From Octopus vulgaris (Eukaryota), in the NCBI GenBank assembly GCA_951406725.2, contig OX597828.1:55428001-55492000 (forward strand): a DNA stretch of 64,000 bases, given 5' to 3'. A program made the position numbers and the translations under genes. Position 1 is the first letter of the stretch; the number at the start of each line of letters is the position of its first letter. Below the pieces are notes generated by a model. The model made no database searches, was not told the origin of the DNA, and saw nothing but the letters and a program-made list of their open reading frames with translations. Positions 17,356 through 30,200 of this stretch are shown piece after piece.

Positions 17356-18169
17356 TTCTTCAAAAAAGAAACGAAAATAAATCTCTTATATATGAAAATA
17401 TGTTTAAAAAGATATGCTTTATTTTTCTTTCTTCTTTTTAAACATCTAAGACCACAACAAACATCTAAGACCATTTCAACTTGCTTACTGACGTCAACAG
17501 TTCTCTAAAGAGTTTAGTTCCATCAAACACTTCAGGAGTTTAGTTCAACTAAATCCTTGAAAGTAGCTCATCAGCATGGCCAGAAACCAATGACTGAAAC
17601 AGGTAAAAGATAAAAACAAAACTTTGCCGGCTGCTTACCTAAAATGTAATTCAATTCATCACTGAAGTTTTCCACTATATTCTTTATCTTAAAAATTCTT
17701 CCACAAGTATTTAAGACTCAATGCATTTTTCTCATGTTGATTTCTTTCCAATAAGCTCGGCAAACATTTTGCGTAAATAGTAGGCCTGGATTGTTTCTGT
17801 CTTTCGATTAAGCTAATGGTCACATGATCGATTTCGTACTCGATGGTAAAATCACATGATCATTTTGATTTAAGCCACCAAATGTTGATGGGTGTCTCAA
17901 AAAATTGTCCAACGAAACTCGTAAAATTTACCAATCTAAATTTTTAGACTTCCAATAGCACATAATAGCACACGGTTTTAGCACACAGACAACCATAGAA
18001 CTAATTCTTAATTAAAGATATTATATTCAATTCCATTAATTATTTGTTAATAAACATAACCATCGTTTTCAATGAGTTCGTCTTTTCAAATCGGCTGGAT
18101 GTATAGCTGATGAACTCTCAATCGTATTTGAGCCATTCTTCTATGAAACTAATGTTACAATTTGATGGC

Positions 18170-18600
18170 AAGCCAAGACAACGAGATGACAGAGTTGTTA
18201 GCACTCACAACAAAATATTGGCGGTATTTCGCCCGTCTTTTCGTTTTGAGCTCAAATTTCGCCAGAGTAGACTTTACTTTTCATCCTCTCGGGATCGAAA
18301 TGTAACTATCAGTCATGTAGTGAGGTCAATGTAATTGACTAACTCCCTCACACAAAATTGCAGGCCTTGTGCCCATATTAGAAAGGATTATTAGGTGGCT
18401 AGGTAAGACGACGAGCACACAGAATCGTTAGTGCGTCGTACAAAAAGATCAGCGATATCTTTTGCAACTCTTTACGTCCTGATTTCAGATTCTGTCGAGA
18501 CTGACTTTGTCTTTCAGCCTTTTGGAGTTGATAAAATAAGTACCGAGTGTTTAACCTTCAAAATTGCTGTTCTCGTATTTAAGTTGGAAATCATTTATGT
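18170..18600 (+). mobile_element. Two diverged SINE-A copies in tandem
   Basis: GTTAGCAC...GCGGTATTTCGCCCGTC...TTTTCATCCTCTCGGGATCG, followed by a second core CTTTCAGCCTTTTGGAGTTGATAAAATAAGTACC. Confidence 0.7.
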
Positions 18601-18649
18601 TATGGATATTAGCTTGTTTTTCAAACCTGTCGAGTCATCCAGAACTTAC

Positions 18650-18853
18650 GATAGCATTTTCCTCATTTTCCCTATGACTACTTGATCGCTGCTGCAGACT
18701 GACACTTTTCGTTTTGATGTTGTCTCCTTTAAAGGCTTCTGATGTCATTCTTTGATCCAAACTGATAAACAGCATTTTATTTCGATCATTGAATGTTTCT
18801 TTCTCTTGTTTGAGAACTCGGTGACGCGTTAGCATTTCGACCTCGTTCTTCAT
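18650..18853 (-). CDS. Possible first coding exon (68 codons, phase 0) of an unidentified minus-strand gene
   Basis: Non-repetitive ATG-initiated ORF MKNEVEMLTRHRVLKQEKETF...RENEENAI ends exactly in frame at a consensus GTAAGT donor (18649-18644). I recognise no domain. Confidence 0.35.
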
Positions 18854-19191
18854 TATGAATAATACATATGAATAATATTATGCAGTGTTAAATTGCCGAG
18901 AGCTGGTCAATTTGGCTTATTTTAGCTTTTCGTAGCACGGCTTTTATGCCTGTAAATTATTGCTAATTTTTCTTATAGTGTTATAACTTTCCTCTTCTTA
19001 ACACGTTCACCACATACACAGGCGGCGATCAATCGCTTAGCAATCAAAATAAACCGTTATCTTAAATAAACACCAATAAACACATTGATTACCACAGTTT
19101 TAACTAACACGGCTCTTGAGTCAACAGGGTAGATAAACTGACACTCCATCGTGAAAAAGTACACTGTATATTATATATATACATACATACA

Positions 19192-19224
<33 letters not shown>

Positions 19225-19234
19225 GATAATAATG

Positions 19235-19303
<69 letters not shown>

Positions 19304-19805
19304 TTAGGGAGTAAATCCAAACTTACAGGGAAAAATTAGAATTTTATATTTTATATATTTTGTATATTATATTAATTATATTTATTTTTATGTTTTGGTT
19401 TATGTTTTTCACTTTTTGATTTGCATAATAGTGGTTTTATCTCTAATTTAATTTATATATATACTTTCGATATTGTAGGTGAGTTAAGCAAAAATTTAGG
19501 ATTCAGATGAATATGGTACTTAAGTTGAGGAACCAGAATTTAGTACGGTAAAAATAGAATTAAAAAAGTAAAGAGAAGCAAAGGAAAGAGAAAGGAAAAT
19601 GGTTTCTACTCTGAAATACAGTGGAACCGTTAAAGGCTATATTCGAAATCTTACTTCAAAAAAATGTTATCAATAAATTTTACTCTACTTAATGTATACA
19701 ATCTTATGTTCAGTAACTGCTTTGTTGTTTTTTTTTAAGCTGATAAGAAATACTAAATAATACATGTGTGTGTGTATGTGTGTGTGTGTGTATGTATGTA
19801 ACTAG

Positions 19806-20115
19806 TACGCCATCGGTTATGACGATGAGGGTTCCAGTTGATCTGATTAACAGAGCAGCTTACTGCTGAAATTAACGTGCAAGTGTCTGAGCACTCTACA
19901 GACGCAAGTACACTTATCTTAAGCATCAGACAGATTGTGACATAGTTGGCCCTTTGAAAAAACAGGTACAACTCATGTTTTTTTTTTCAATTGGGCAGAC
20001 TGGAGCAATATGAAATAAAGAGACTTTTGCTATGATACAACGTGCAGTCACGAATCGATCTCACAACTTTACGAATGTGAGCCGAATGCACTAACCACTT
20101 AGCCACGCATCTTCA
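19806..20115 (-). mobile_element. tRNA-derived SINE (family D). A partial relative lies at 41215-41355
   Basis: Minus-strand head TGAAGATGCGTGGCTAAGTGGTTAG...GAGATCGATTC. The body GGTTCCAGTTGATCTGATTAAC...AAAACAGGTAC is shared with the 41.2-kb piece. Confidence 0.7.
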
Positions 20116-20325
20116 TATATATATATATATACATACAAACATACATAGATACATGCATAACATCGATTTTTCAGAACCTTAGGGTCCAAAGACTTTCCCT
20201 ATTATTGTTTATTCTAAAACAGGAGGAGTTACCCATGTAAAAACCCTCTAAATTAACGAAGTGTCGAATTTACTTGTATAATTAAATGAAATAGAATTAC
20301 CTGTACAATATTATAAACGATGCAG

Positions 20326-20545
20326 AGGTGGCGAGCTGGCAGAATCGTTAGAAAGCTGGATAAGTAATGCTTAGCGGTATTGCACCCGTCGCTATGTTCT
20401 GAGTTCAAATTCTGCCGAGATCGACATGGCCTTTCATCCTTTCGGGATCGATAAATTAAGTACCAATGAAACACTGGAGTCGATCTAATTGACTAGCCCT
20501 CTCCCACAAAATTTCAGGCCTTGTGCCTTGAGTAGAAAAGATTAT
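20326..20545 (+). mobile_element. Full-length SINE-A with type-2 tail and TSD
   Basis: Runs GGTGGCGAGCTGGCAGAATCGTTAG to GGCCTTGTGCCTTGAGTAGAAAAG. Flanked by TATTATAAACGATGCA / TATTATAAATGATACA. Confidence 0.9.
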
Positions 20546-20896
20546 TATAAATGATACAAGTTTATTACTGACAGGTGCCAGTAAGCTAGTCTGGCGGCAG
20601 CGGCGATTTTGAGCAGACGCTCATAACTTTAGGCGGATTATAAGAGGTGCTGCATTTGTGTGTATTCAGTAGTGATAATATAAATGATTCTGCCAGCCAA
20701 CTTTCTGGCATCAACGTATATTTGGCAGACAGGGTTCTCAGGAAGGATACATAACCAATCGACAAATCGACCGATTAATCAACTAGTCAATATAACAGGT
20801 AGTGCAATGCTAACCATTGTGTAATGGTATTAAGCATCTTGTAGATTTGCTTAAGTAGCAACAGAACTCTGCGTATATTACACGGTGTAGAATTAT

Positions 20897-20939
<43 letters not shown>

Positions 20940-21092
20940 GTGTGTATATATACATATATATTTTTTAATAATATATTATTATTATTAATATAAGGAAACC
21001 AATACTAAAACACCTCAGAAAGATATACCTGTGCGAAAATAGTTGTTGTATTAAAATACATACATAAATAAATAAATGAATATATATATATA

Positions 21093-21454
21093 TATATAGA
21101 AAATAGTAAAAAGTGAAAAAACTACAGAAGGCTTGTTTTAAAAGGTTAAAAAATATATTTGAGTCATTATGTTGGAAGAATGTTATAAATTTTTTCATAC
21201 AGTGACATAGTTTTTGAAGAAATTACCGGTTTCGAGTTAACTTTTCAAATTTCTCAAAACATCGTGTTGAAGACATAACACGATGTTTTGAGAAATTTGA
21301 AAAGTTAACTCGAAACCGGTAATTTCTTCAAAAACTATGTCACTGTATGAAAAAAATTTATAACATTCTTCCAACATAATGACTCAAATATATTTTTTAA
21401 CCTTTTAAAACAAGCCTTCTGTAGTTTTTTCACTTTTTACTATTTTCTATATAT
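21093..21454. repeat. Near-perfect inverted repeat (~176-bp arms, 8-nt spacer), probably an inverted Penelope-like pseudo-LTR
   Basis: 21093-21268 is the reverse complement of 21277-21454 apart from one homopolymer indel that I could see. It abuts (TA)n and carries GAAACCGGTA. Confidence 0.9.
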
Positions 21455-21487
21455 TCAACCACGTGCTTTCACACACCAACTTTCTCA

Positions 21488-21527
<40 letters not shown>

Positions 21528-21668
21528 CATGCAAATATGTATAAGTATAAACTCAATGTATACATATATATTAGAGATTAAAAGATATGAATCAAGCGTC
21601 TTACGATCGTTGTATATATACACACACATACATATATACATACATTCACACGTATACGTACATATGGG

Positions 21669-21709
<41 letters not shown>

Positions 21710-22529
21710 GTATACATACACATATGCACTCACAAATACAGACACACACTCACACACACTTTCACACACATGCATATTAACATACAAGCTTATATGGAAC
21801 GGCTCAATCTTTAACTTTACAATCCTCCTGTCTGTTGAACTGTTGCTGGCGAAATTTTGAAGTCAGATTTATTATTTATTTCCACAGAGAGTTAAAAAAA
21901 ATATACATTTTTATTAGAATTAGGAACTTCACAAATGTATGTATGTATGTATGTATGTATGTGTGCGTGTGGATGTATGTATGTGTGTATGTGTGTATGT
22001 ATGTATGTATGTATGTATGTATGTATGTATGTTTGTTTGTATGTGTGTGTGCGTGTTTATGTATGTATGTATGTATGTATATATGTATGCATGTCTGTGT
22101 GTGTATGTATGTATGTATCTATCTATCTATAGATCGATCGATCTACATGCATGCACACACACTCACGCATACACATTATACACAAACGAGCACGCACACA
22201 CATACATACTCCATAACTCTATTGAGTTCTCTTATATGGAATGTCACGTGTTGATTCTAATTTAATTTTTAAAACATTCCAATTTACATCTCAACTTTAA
22301 TACACTCAGGAAATTATTCTAATTGTATTTATTTCTTACAATCAATGCTCATTCATACAAGTAACACACGTAGGCTCACCTACCCCCTGTCTCACTCTCT
22401 CCCCCACCCTCTTTCTCTCTCTCACGAACACACACACGTATTTTAGAGTTATACAAATATGCTTACATACAAACATACATAAACTGGCTCTCAAACACTG
22501 GTCTTCACCTTACTTCCTCTCACTATGTG

Positions 22530-23160
22530 AAGGCTGTGAGCTGGCAAAGTCGTTAGCACGCCGCGCAAAATGCTTAGCGTCTTTAGGTTCTGAGTTCAAA
22601 ATTTTCCGGGGCCGACATTACCTTTCATCTTTCGGGTTCGATAAAATAAGTACCATTTAGACACTGTGGTGGTGAAATCGGCTCACTCTTTCTTCGAAAA
22701 TATTGACCTTGTACCAAAATTTGAAACCAGTATCTCAAGGCAGCGAGCTAGTTGAATTGTTAGCACATCGGGCAAAATTTTTAGCAGCATATCTTCCGAA
22801 TATATATATATGCCGAGTTCAAATTCCTTGCTTTTCAGCTTTTCAGACTAGATAAATTAAGTACCAGCTAAACAATGGGGTCCATGTTATAGACTAGTCC
22901 CCTCCCTTAAAAGATATCAGGTATTCTACTTGTAGCGGAAAGAGCAGAGAGGTGGCAGAATAGTTAGCAGGTCAGACAAAATGTTTAGCATTATATCTTC
23001 CGACTATATATGTTCCTGGTTCAAATCCGGCCGAGGGCTGCTTTGCTTTTCATCCATTCAGGGTCGATAAAATCAGTATCAGTTGAATCCTAGAGTCGAT
23101 ATAATTTACTAACTTTCTTTCCAAACCGCAAGATTTCAGGTTTTGTGTGTATAGTAGATA
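22530..23160 (+). mobile_element. Three diverged SINE-A copies head-to-tail
   Basis: Repeated GAGCTGGCA/GTTAGCA...GTTCAAAT...CTTTCATC...GATAAAAT blocks. Confidence 0.75.
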
Positions 23161-23478
23161 AAAAAAATCTCAACACACACATATCTATGCATACACACAC
23201 AATTATAGATACACATACATACAGCCATACACTCTAACATTCACGCAGACATACACAATATCTGTTTCCCCCTTTGCTCTCTTCCTTCTTAACTTTCTGA
23301 ATTCTCATCACATACACTACAAATATTACACGCATACTCATACGCAGGCACACAAACAAACATAACTAAACATACAGATTCTTACACACGCACTTACACA
23401 TTTGCATGCATAAAAGTGAGCAAACAGACGCGTATATACATATACACACAAACACTCTCACACGCATACATAAACGTT

Positions 23479-23669
23479 ACTCTTTTACCTGCTTCAGTCA
23501 TTTGACAGTGGCCATGCTGGAGCACCGCCTTTAGTCGAGCAAATCGACCCCAGGACTTATTCTTTGTAAACCTAGTACTTATTCTATCAGTCTCATTTTG
23601 CCGGGGACGTAAACAGACCAGCATCAATTGTCAAGCGATGTTGGGGGACAAACACAGATACACAAACCT

Positions 23670-23719
<50 letters not shown>

Positions 23720-23827
23720 GACGGGCTTGATTCAGTTTCCGTCAATCCACTCACAAGTCTTTGGGACTGAACCCGGGACCATATGGTTGGTAAGTAAGCT
23801 ACTTAACACACAGCCACTCCTGCGCCT
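23479..23827 (-). mobile_element. SINE family B with internal deletions
   Basis: CAGTCATTTGACAGTGGCCATGCTGGAGCACCGCC...GGGACTGAACCCGGGACC...CAGCCACTCCTGCGCC. Confidence 0.88.
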
Positions 23828-24168
23828 ACTATATAAAAACTATTTGTTTTACTTTTAACTGTTTCATACAAACATATTTTCACACACGAATACAAATATA
23901 CATATATACCAGCACACACACACACACACACACACACAAGCACTCAGGATATCCCTTCACAGAAATACATTCATACAAATACGGGTTCTTTCTCTCTCAC
24001 TCCCTCTCACTCTCTCACTCTCTCATGGATACCCACTATCCCATCCCCACCACCACACACGCAGACGTTTCTCTCTCACAAACATACACATATACTTTCA
24101 AACGTGCACATGTATATACACACACAGAATTCTTTTCTTTCTCAAAGTACTACACTTTTTCGTTACTC

Positions 24169-24200
<32 letters not shown>

Positions 24201-24520
24201 TACACATGCAGGCACACAAACATATACACATCGAAACATGCAGCGCACGCGCACATACACACGTGCACGTACGCACATACAGCCAAGACAAGCAACATAC
24301 ATGCTATCTTGCGTTTAGATACTGACTCTCCCAATCACCAAAGCTCCTTACTCTCTCCATCATTCTCTCTCTCCCTTCCCCCCGTACCTCCCTCCTTAAT
24401 TATGTTTTTATTTCACACTCACATATTTCCATATTTCAAGGCATCAGCTCTCGTGTTGACATCCTCTTCTTCCGTTCAATCAGCCTGCTATTTCCTTCCT
24501 TCCTTCTTTCTTTGTTTCCT

Positions 24521-24573
<53 letters not shown>

Positions 24574-24646
24574 TACTTCCGCCTTTTCAGTTCCTCATTA
24601 CCAATAAACACTTAATCGTTGTCGTCATCATCATCATAATTCTCAT

Positions 24647-25030
24647 GCGGCGAACTGGTAGAATTATTAGCGCGTCGGACAAAATGTTTGGCGGCATTTT
24701 TTCCCGCTCTTTCGAGGTCGATAAAATAAACATCAGTCAAGTACTGACGATGGGAGGGAGGCAATGTAACTGATTTGCATCTTCCCATCAAAACTGTTTG
24801 CAATTGTGCCAAAAGTTTAAAAGAATAAGGCGGCAAACCGGTCGAATGGCTAGCGAGTCGGACTAAATTCTTAACGACATTTATTCCAGCTCTTTACGTT
24901 CTGGGTTCAAATTCCTCCGGGATAGACTTCATCTTTTATACTTTTCAGATCGATAAAATAAGTAACGGCGAAGTACTGAAGATGATATAATTGACTTGCT
25001 CCCTTGCTTCAAAATTAATGGCCTTGCGCC
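24647..25030 (+). mobile_element. Diverged SINE-A copies
   Basis: GCGGCGAACTGGTAGAATTATTAGCGCG...GGTCGATAAAAT, with a second head near 24828. Confidence 0.65.
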
Positions 25031-25461
25031 ACAGTATAGTTAAGATGGCGAATTGGCAATTTCGGGTGGATTAAAAAAAATGCAACAACTACGACAATAA
25101 CAACACTTTATGCTATTTTCTTTTTTAATTAAACACCACCGAAGGTTGATTGTGATTTTTATCCTTTCGTGGGAGTTTATCAATAAAGTAGCAGTCAGGT
25201 ACCGGGGATATTTCTCCTGCTTATGTCCACTCTCTCTTCTCGGTGTTCGATCCTTTGAAGAGGTTCAGCAAAGATCTTTTTTTCGCATATCGGCTCCATC
25301 ATTCCTTGTCCAAACATTCTGATATTAGATTCACTATCACAACCACAACCACCACCACCACCAATTATCCAATGCAGTTTAAAATGGAAGAGGCCTCTTT
25401 GCTCAAATCATGAAGCAGTATCAAGACTTTACATTCCTTGAAGAAATGAAACATTTGAAAT

Positions 25462-26320
25462 TATTCTGTTGTGTCTGGGGAGAGTCATTTTCTTTTTGTG
25501 CCTTATAATTTAACACACTCACCGGTAAAATTTCCACTTATTCCTTATTCATATTTTCCTAAAATTTTCGTTGCGTCTTGCAACGGTGAGTTTGTTGAAT
25601 TATAAGGCACAAAAAGAAAATGACTCTCCCCAGACACAACGGAATATGCTTCAACACACGAACTCACATAAAGAATCTTGCAAACCAAATTCAAAAACGA
25701 AATATTTGAAATCATATTTCCCAAATACAATTTCTTAGTAGGCACTCTGAATACATCGCCCCTAGCAAAAGAAGAACATTTAAAGCTATTCATTATTTCA
25801 AAACTTTGAAATTTTCTAGTAGACAAACTGAAACAAAACATTTCCATATATATATAAACACAAAGAGAAAACAACAACGCGAGGACGTGGAACAAGTATA
25901 GTATTATTGGACGCTCAGGAAAGAAGGAAAAAGGAGGGTTTAGCGTTTCGAGCGGAGCTCTTCGTTAGAAACATAGAAAAAGGAAAGATCCAAAGGAGGG
26001 AAGACGGAGGAAAATCGCCAACGGTACACACGCGGTCACATTTACCTTAATTTCTTTATTTCTCTAGTCCTTTATTTCATCGTTTCCTTTATCTATGCCC
26101 TTCATTTTTCCATATTTGTCTCCGATGACGGAATATTCCATATTTTGGGATATCCCAGAAGCAATTTTTCTGATGATAACAACGTATATGACATAAGATG
26201 ATTGTTGTCCCCTTTCACAAATATATATCCGCTGTATCGGATATCTACAATAGTTGGAGCCCTGGTAATCCCGTTACAGCACTTACCCAGCGTACTTAGT
26301 CGTTTAGATCACCTGTGAAC
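25462..26320. mobile_element. Cluster of Penelope-like pseudo-LTR relics: an inverted repeat plus hammerhead-like motifs
   Basis: 63-bp inverted arms at 25462-25524 / 25584-25646. Hammerhead-like motifs at 25558-25584 (-), 25939-25972 (-) and 26122-26162 (+). Confidence 0.6.
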
Positions 26321-26346
26321 TAAACCCCATATTTTATACCTATGCA

Positions 26347-26417
<71 letters not shown>

Positions 26418-26765
26418 ATATATATGCATCTATGTGTGAATGCCTCTTTGTGTCTGTGTTTGTAGCCACCACTGCTTGACAACCAGTGTTGGTGTGTTTA
26501 CGTCCCCGTAAATTAGCGGTTCGGCATAGAAGACTAATAGAATAAGAACGAGGCTTTAAAAGAAAATATCCCTGCCCCACCTCTCTCTCTATCTATCTGT
26601 CTATTAATCTATCTATTTGTTTGTCCATCTATATATCTGTTTTGTCAATCTGTCAGTCCGTCTGACTGTCTGATTGTCTATCTATCTATCTATCTCTCTA
26701 TCTATCTATCTACCTACCTACCTACCTACCTAACTGTCTGTCAGTCTATCTATCTACCTACCTAA

Positions 26766-26830
<65 letters not shown>

Positions 26831-27319
26831 CATCTATCTATCTATCTATCTACTTATCTATGTATCTTTTCGTCTGCCTGTCTATCGATCACATTTATAA
26901 TCACACATATCAATATCAATAAAAACTCACTTATAGTCCTCCCTCCATTCTCTCTCTCTCTCTCTCTCTGTCTCCACCCCTCTCTACTCCCCTGATCAGA
27001 CAATCTTTTAAAGTCTCATTCGCTATACCCTCATAAACTCAATTTCTCTTTTCGCCCTCGCTTTCTCCCTCTATCTTCTCGCTGCATTTAACGATTCTCT
27101 GGTTTAGCATCTTCATAGCTGTTTTCTTTTCCCCCTGTTATCTTCCGGATGCCCACACCCCCACACACACCTACAAAACTTCGTTCTGTTTCATATTCGT
27201 TGTTTCATATTCAAATAACCACGTCCTTTATTCATTATCTCTCTCTCTCTCTCCCCCACTCTCTATTACTCTTTCTTTATCGGTCTCTCCACACTCCCTG
27301 TTTGTTTACCTCTGCTTCT

Positions 27320-27565
27320 CACCAACTCACTCACTCACCTCACTCACACCTCACTCACTCACTCACTCACTCACTCACTCAATCACTCACCTACTCACTC
27401 ACTCACTCACTCACTCACCAACTCCCTCACTCACTCACCAACTCACTCACTCACTCACTCACTCACTCACTCACCAACTCACTCACTCACTCACCAACTC
27501 ACTCACTCACTCACTCACCAACTCACTCACTCACTCACTCACCAACTCAGTCACTCACTCACTCT
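27320..27565. repeat. (CACT)n tetranucleotide tract with CCAA interruptions
   Basis: Direct reading. It is the source of the SLTH repeat in the 330-aa ORF. Confidence 0.95.
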
Positions 27566-28356
27566 CTCTCAGTTTCTTCCCCACTCTCTCTCTCTCGCTC
27601 CCTTATGTCCATTCTGTTCACTCTCACTCTTCCCTTCCGTCACTTTACTTCTTTCTCTTTTTCTATCTCCTTGTTCATCTCTCTAGTCTTAACTCTCTTA
27701 GTCTTTCTCACTTTCTGTCCCTTTCTCTCTATCTCTGCCGTTCTTCCTTTTCATCTCTCTCTGTTCCTACCCCTCTCTTACTTCTACAACCCCCTCTCTC
27801 TCTTCCCATGTCATCCGTTCAATATTTTCCTCAACCAGTTCTTGTTTTCAGATCATGTGATCATTTTGTCTGCAACACTCACGCAGAATAAATACTCATT
27901 CCCAACTTTCACTCATGCTCACACACACAGACACACATACACACACATACGTAGATACACATACACATATATACGCATATCACGTGTGAACATATACACA
28001 CATACACATTTACATACATACCACATATACACATACACTCGCATACACCCACGCCTCCCACAACTGTTTATACATACATACAAACATACCTACATTCCTA
28101 CGAGCATACACACCTATACACGTAGATGCATATATATATAGACTGAATAAAATATTTACTCATATAATCACATAGATACATGAGTGTGTGTGTATATATG
28201 TGTGTGTGTACTCATACACATACTATCCGACATAAGCATATACACACACACAAATATATCCAGGACACAGTCAGATTTACATACCCATGTATATTCATAC
28301 GCATACATATACATTCCGTTGAATACATACCCTTATATACTTACATTCACACACGC

Positions 28357-28402
<46 letters not shown>

Positions 28403-28698
28403 ATACATACAGACATACATACATACGTATATATATATATATATAAACCCTTTAATGCATTGCTCCAGTATGATCGCAGTCAAATGACTGAAGCAAGAAA
28501 GAGCAAAAGAAGAATAAAAGAATATATATATGTATTAAAGGATTTTAGTCGAAGAAATCGGCCCCAGGATTTATTCTTTGTGAGCCTTTTACTTATTCTA
28601 ACGGCCTCTTTTGCCAACCCGCTATATTACGGGGATGTAAACTCACTAATATCGGTTGTCAAGCGATGCTGGATGGAGATAAAGATACTCATGCATAA

Positions 28699-28752
<54 letters not shown>

Positions 28753-28817
28753 GTGTATGTGTGTATATATATATGTGTGTGTGTGTATGTGTGTTCGTGT
28801 GTGTGTGTTTGTGCCTC

Positions 28818-28860
<43 letters not shown>

Positions 28861-29284
28861 AAAGGATGCGTTATACTACTACTCAGAGACATACCAACAA
28901 TCCAATAATACTATTACACATATGCAAAAACAGCCATACAAACAATCCAACATACCTCCATCAACAACTGCCTCAAGGGTATCATTATGGTTTCGACACC
29001 TTGGCAGTACCATTCAACCCGTGTTGTTTGGGAACAAGCAAACCAAAGAAACCAGAACTTTCAAAACACATTTGCACTGTGTACAACCATATCGATAAAT
29101 AAATTCAGTAAGTAAATTACAACCAACTCCTTAATACGTAACTAAACAGCGACAAATCTATTAAGACATGCAAAAATTATAAACCCTACCGTCTTCCCTA
29201 GTATGCTATAAAAGTAAAAGCTTAATAACCACATTATTTCAATCAATCAATTTATAGGCAGGATTAAACACTAACTTTAATAAA

Positions 29285-30146
29285 CTCTCTCTGTGGGTGT
29301 GTTTGTGGAGTTGGTAGCTAACTCCCCCTACATCGTTTTATCGATTTTGATGAAACTTGATACGTGAATAGACCACATGACTGGAAACCTCATGGCATAC
29401 TCAGATTATTGAAAAAAAAAAAAAAAATCGGTAATAGGCCCCTGGAAGGAATCCTTATATATAGCCAAGGGAAATAACCCATTCATTTTCCTTAATTTAT
29501 TCGGTATAAATCAAATTGAGTATGCTTATTTCTTAGTATTTGAACTGTTAGAGTTATTTTCGCAATTTATCCAGTACATCCTTTAAACAAGTAAATATTA
29601 TTCTTCTAAACAATAGATCCACTTATTTCGGTTAGTGGCTTATTCACGAATATACCAACACTAGCTCCGCTGAGGGTAATATTCACTGGGAACGCGCAAA
29701 AGCCCTTTTCAGAGGTATTTACTTTGAATTGTTATTATCTCATATCTGATTAGCCTGTTATTACGTTACAAGCTTCACGATTTTCTTATACATACCCTAT
29801 TAGTATTTTCTTCTAAGTTCTATATTTTCTGGGTAGGCATTAAAGCCCTTTTCAAGGCTACTTTATTTGAATCCTTACTATCGGGTAACTAATTTCATGT
29901 TATTACATAACTGACTTCACAATTTGGGTATTCATAACTTATTGGGAATTCCTAAAAACAAGATCCTGAGTAAGACAGTTCGGTATTCTCTCTAAATGTC
30001 ACTCGGTGAGTGACATTCATATAAAACAATATATTATAATAAGATAGCAAACCACATTGAAGTTGGAGAAGGTACAGAGTACAGTATGAGGTGTGTGAGC
30101 TATGCAGACCATATAAAAACGGGAAAAACCCACGCTATGCTACTAC
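29285..30146 (+). mobile_element. Possible second, older Helitron-like non-autonomous element
   Basis: The start resembles the 2918 Helitron (TGTG-rich, then CTAACTCC...ATTTTGATGAAACTTG), and AAGGGAAATAAC is the reverse complement of GTTATTTCCCTT in that element. The 3' end is degenerate and the boundaries are uncertain. Confidence 0.3.
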
Positions 30147-30200
30147 AGGTCCTGTATACTGTACATAAATTATGCTCAATATGTATGTTTAAAATATATT

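Noticed and set aside
20560-20900. Unique island with TGCCAG/CTGGCA/TTGGCA half-sites suggesting an NFI-type enhancer
   Set aside because: The spacing does not fit TTGGC(N5)GCCAA, and short motifs are expected by chance.
27149-28141. 330-aa ORF, the longest in the window
   Set aside because: Built from (CACT)n, CT-rich and CA-rich low-complexity sequence that is naturally poor in stop codons.
28862-29270. ELSKHI motif suggesting a second Penelope GIY-YIG remnant
   Set aside because: Only one short motif, with no YIG or CxxC context visible.
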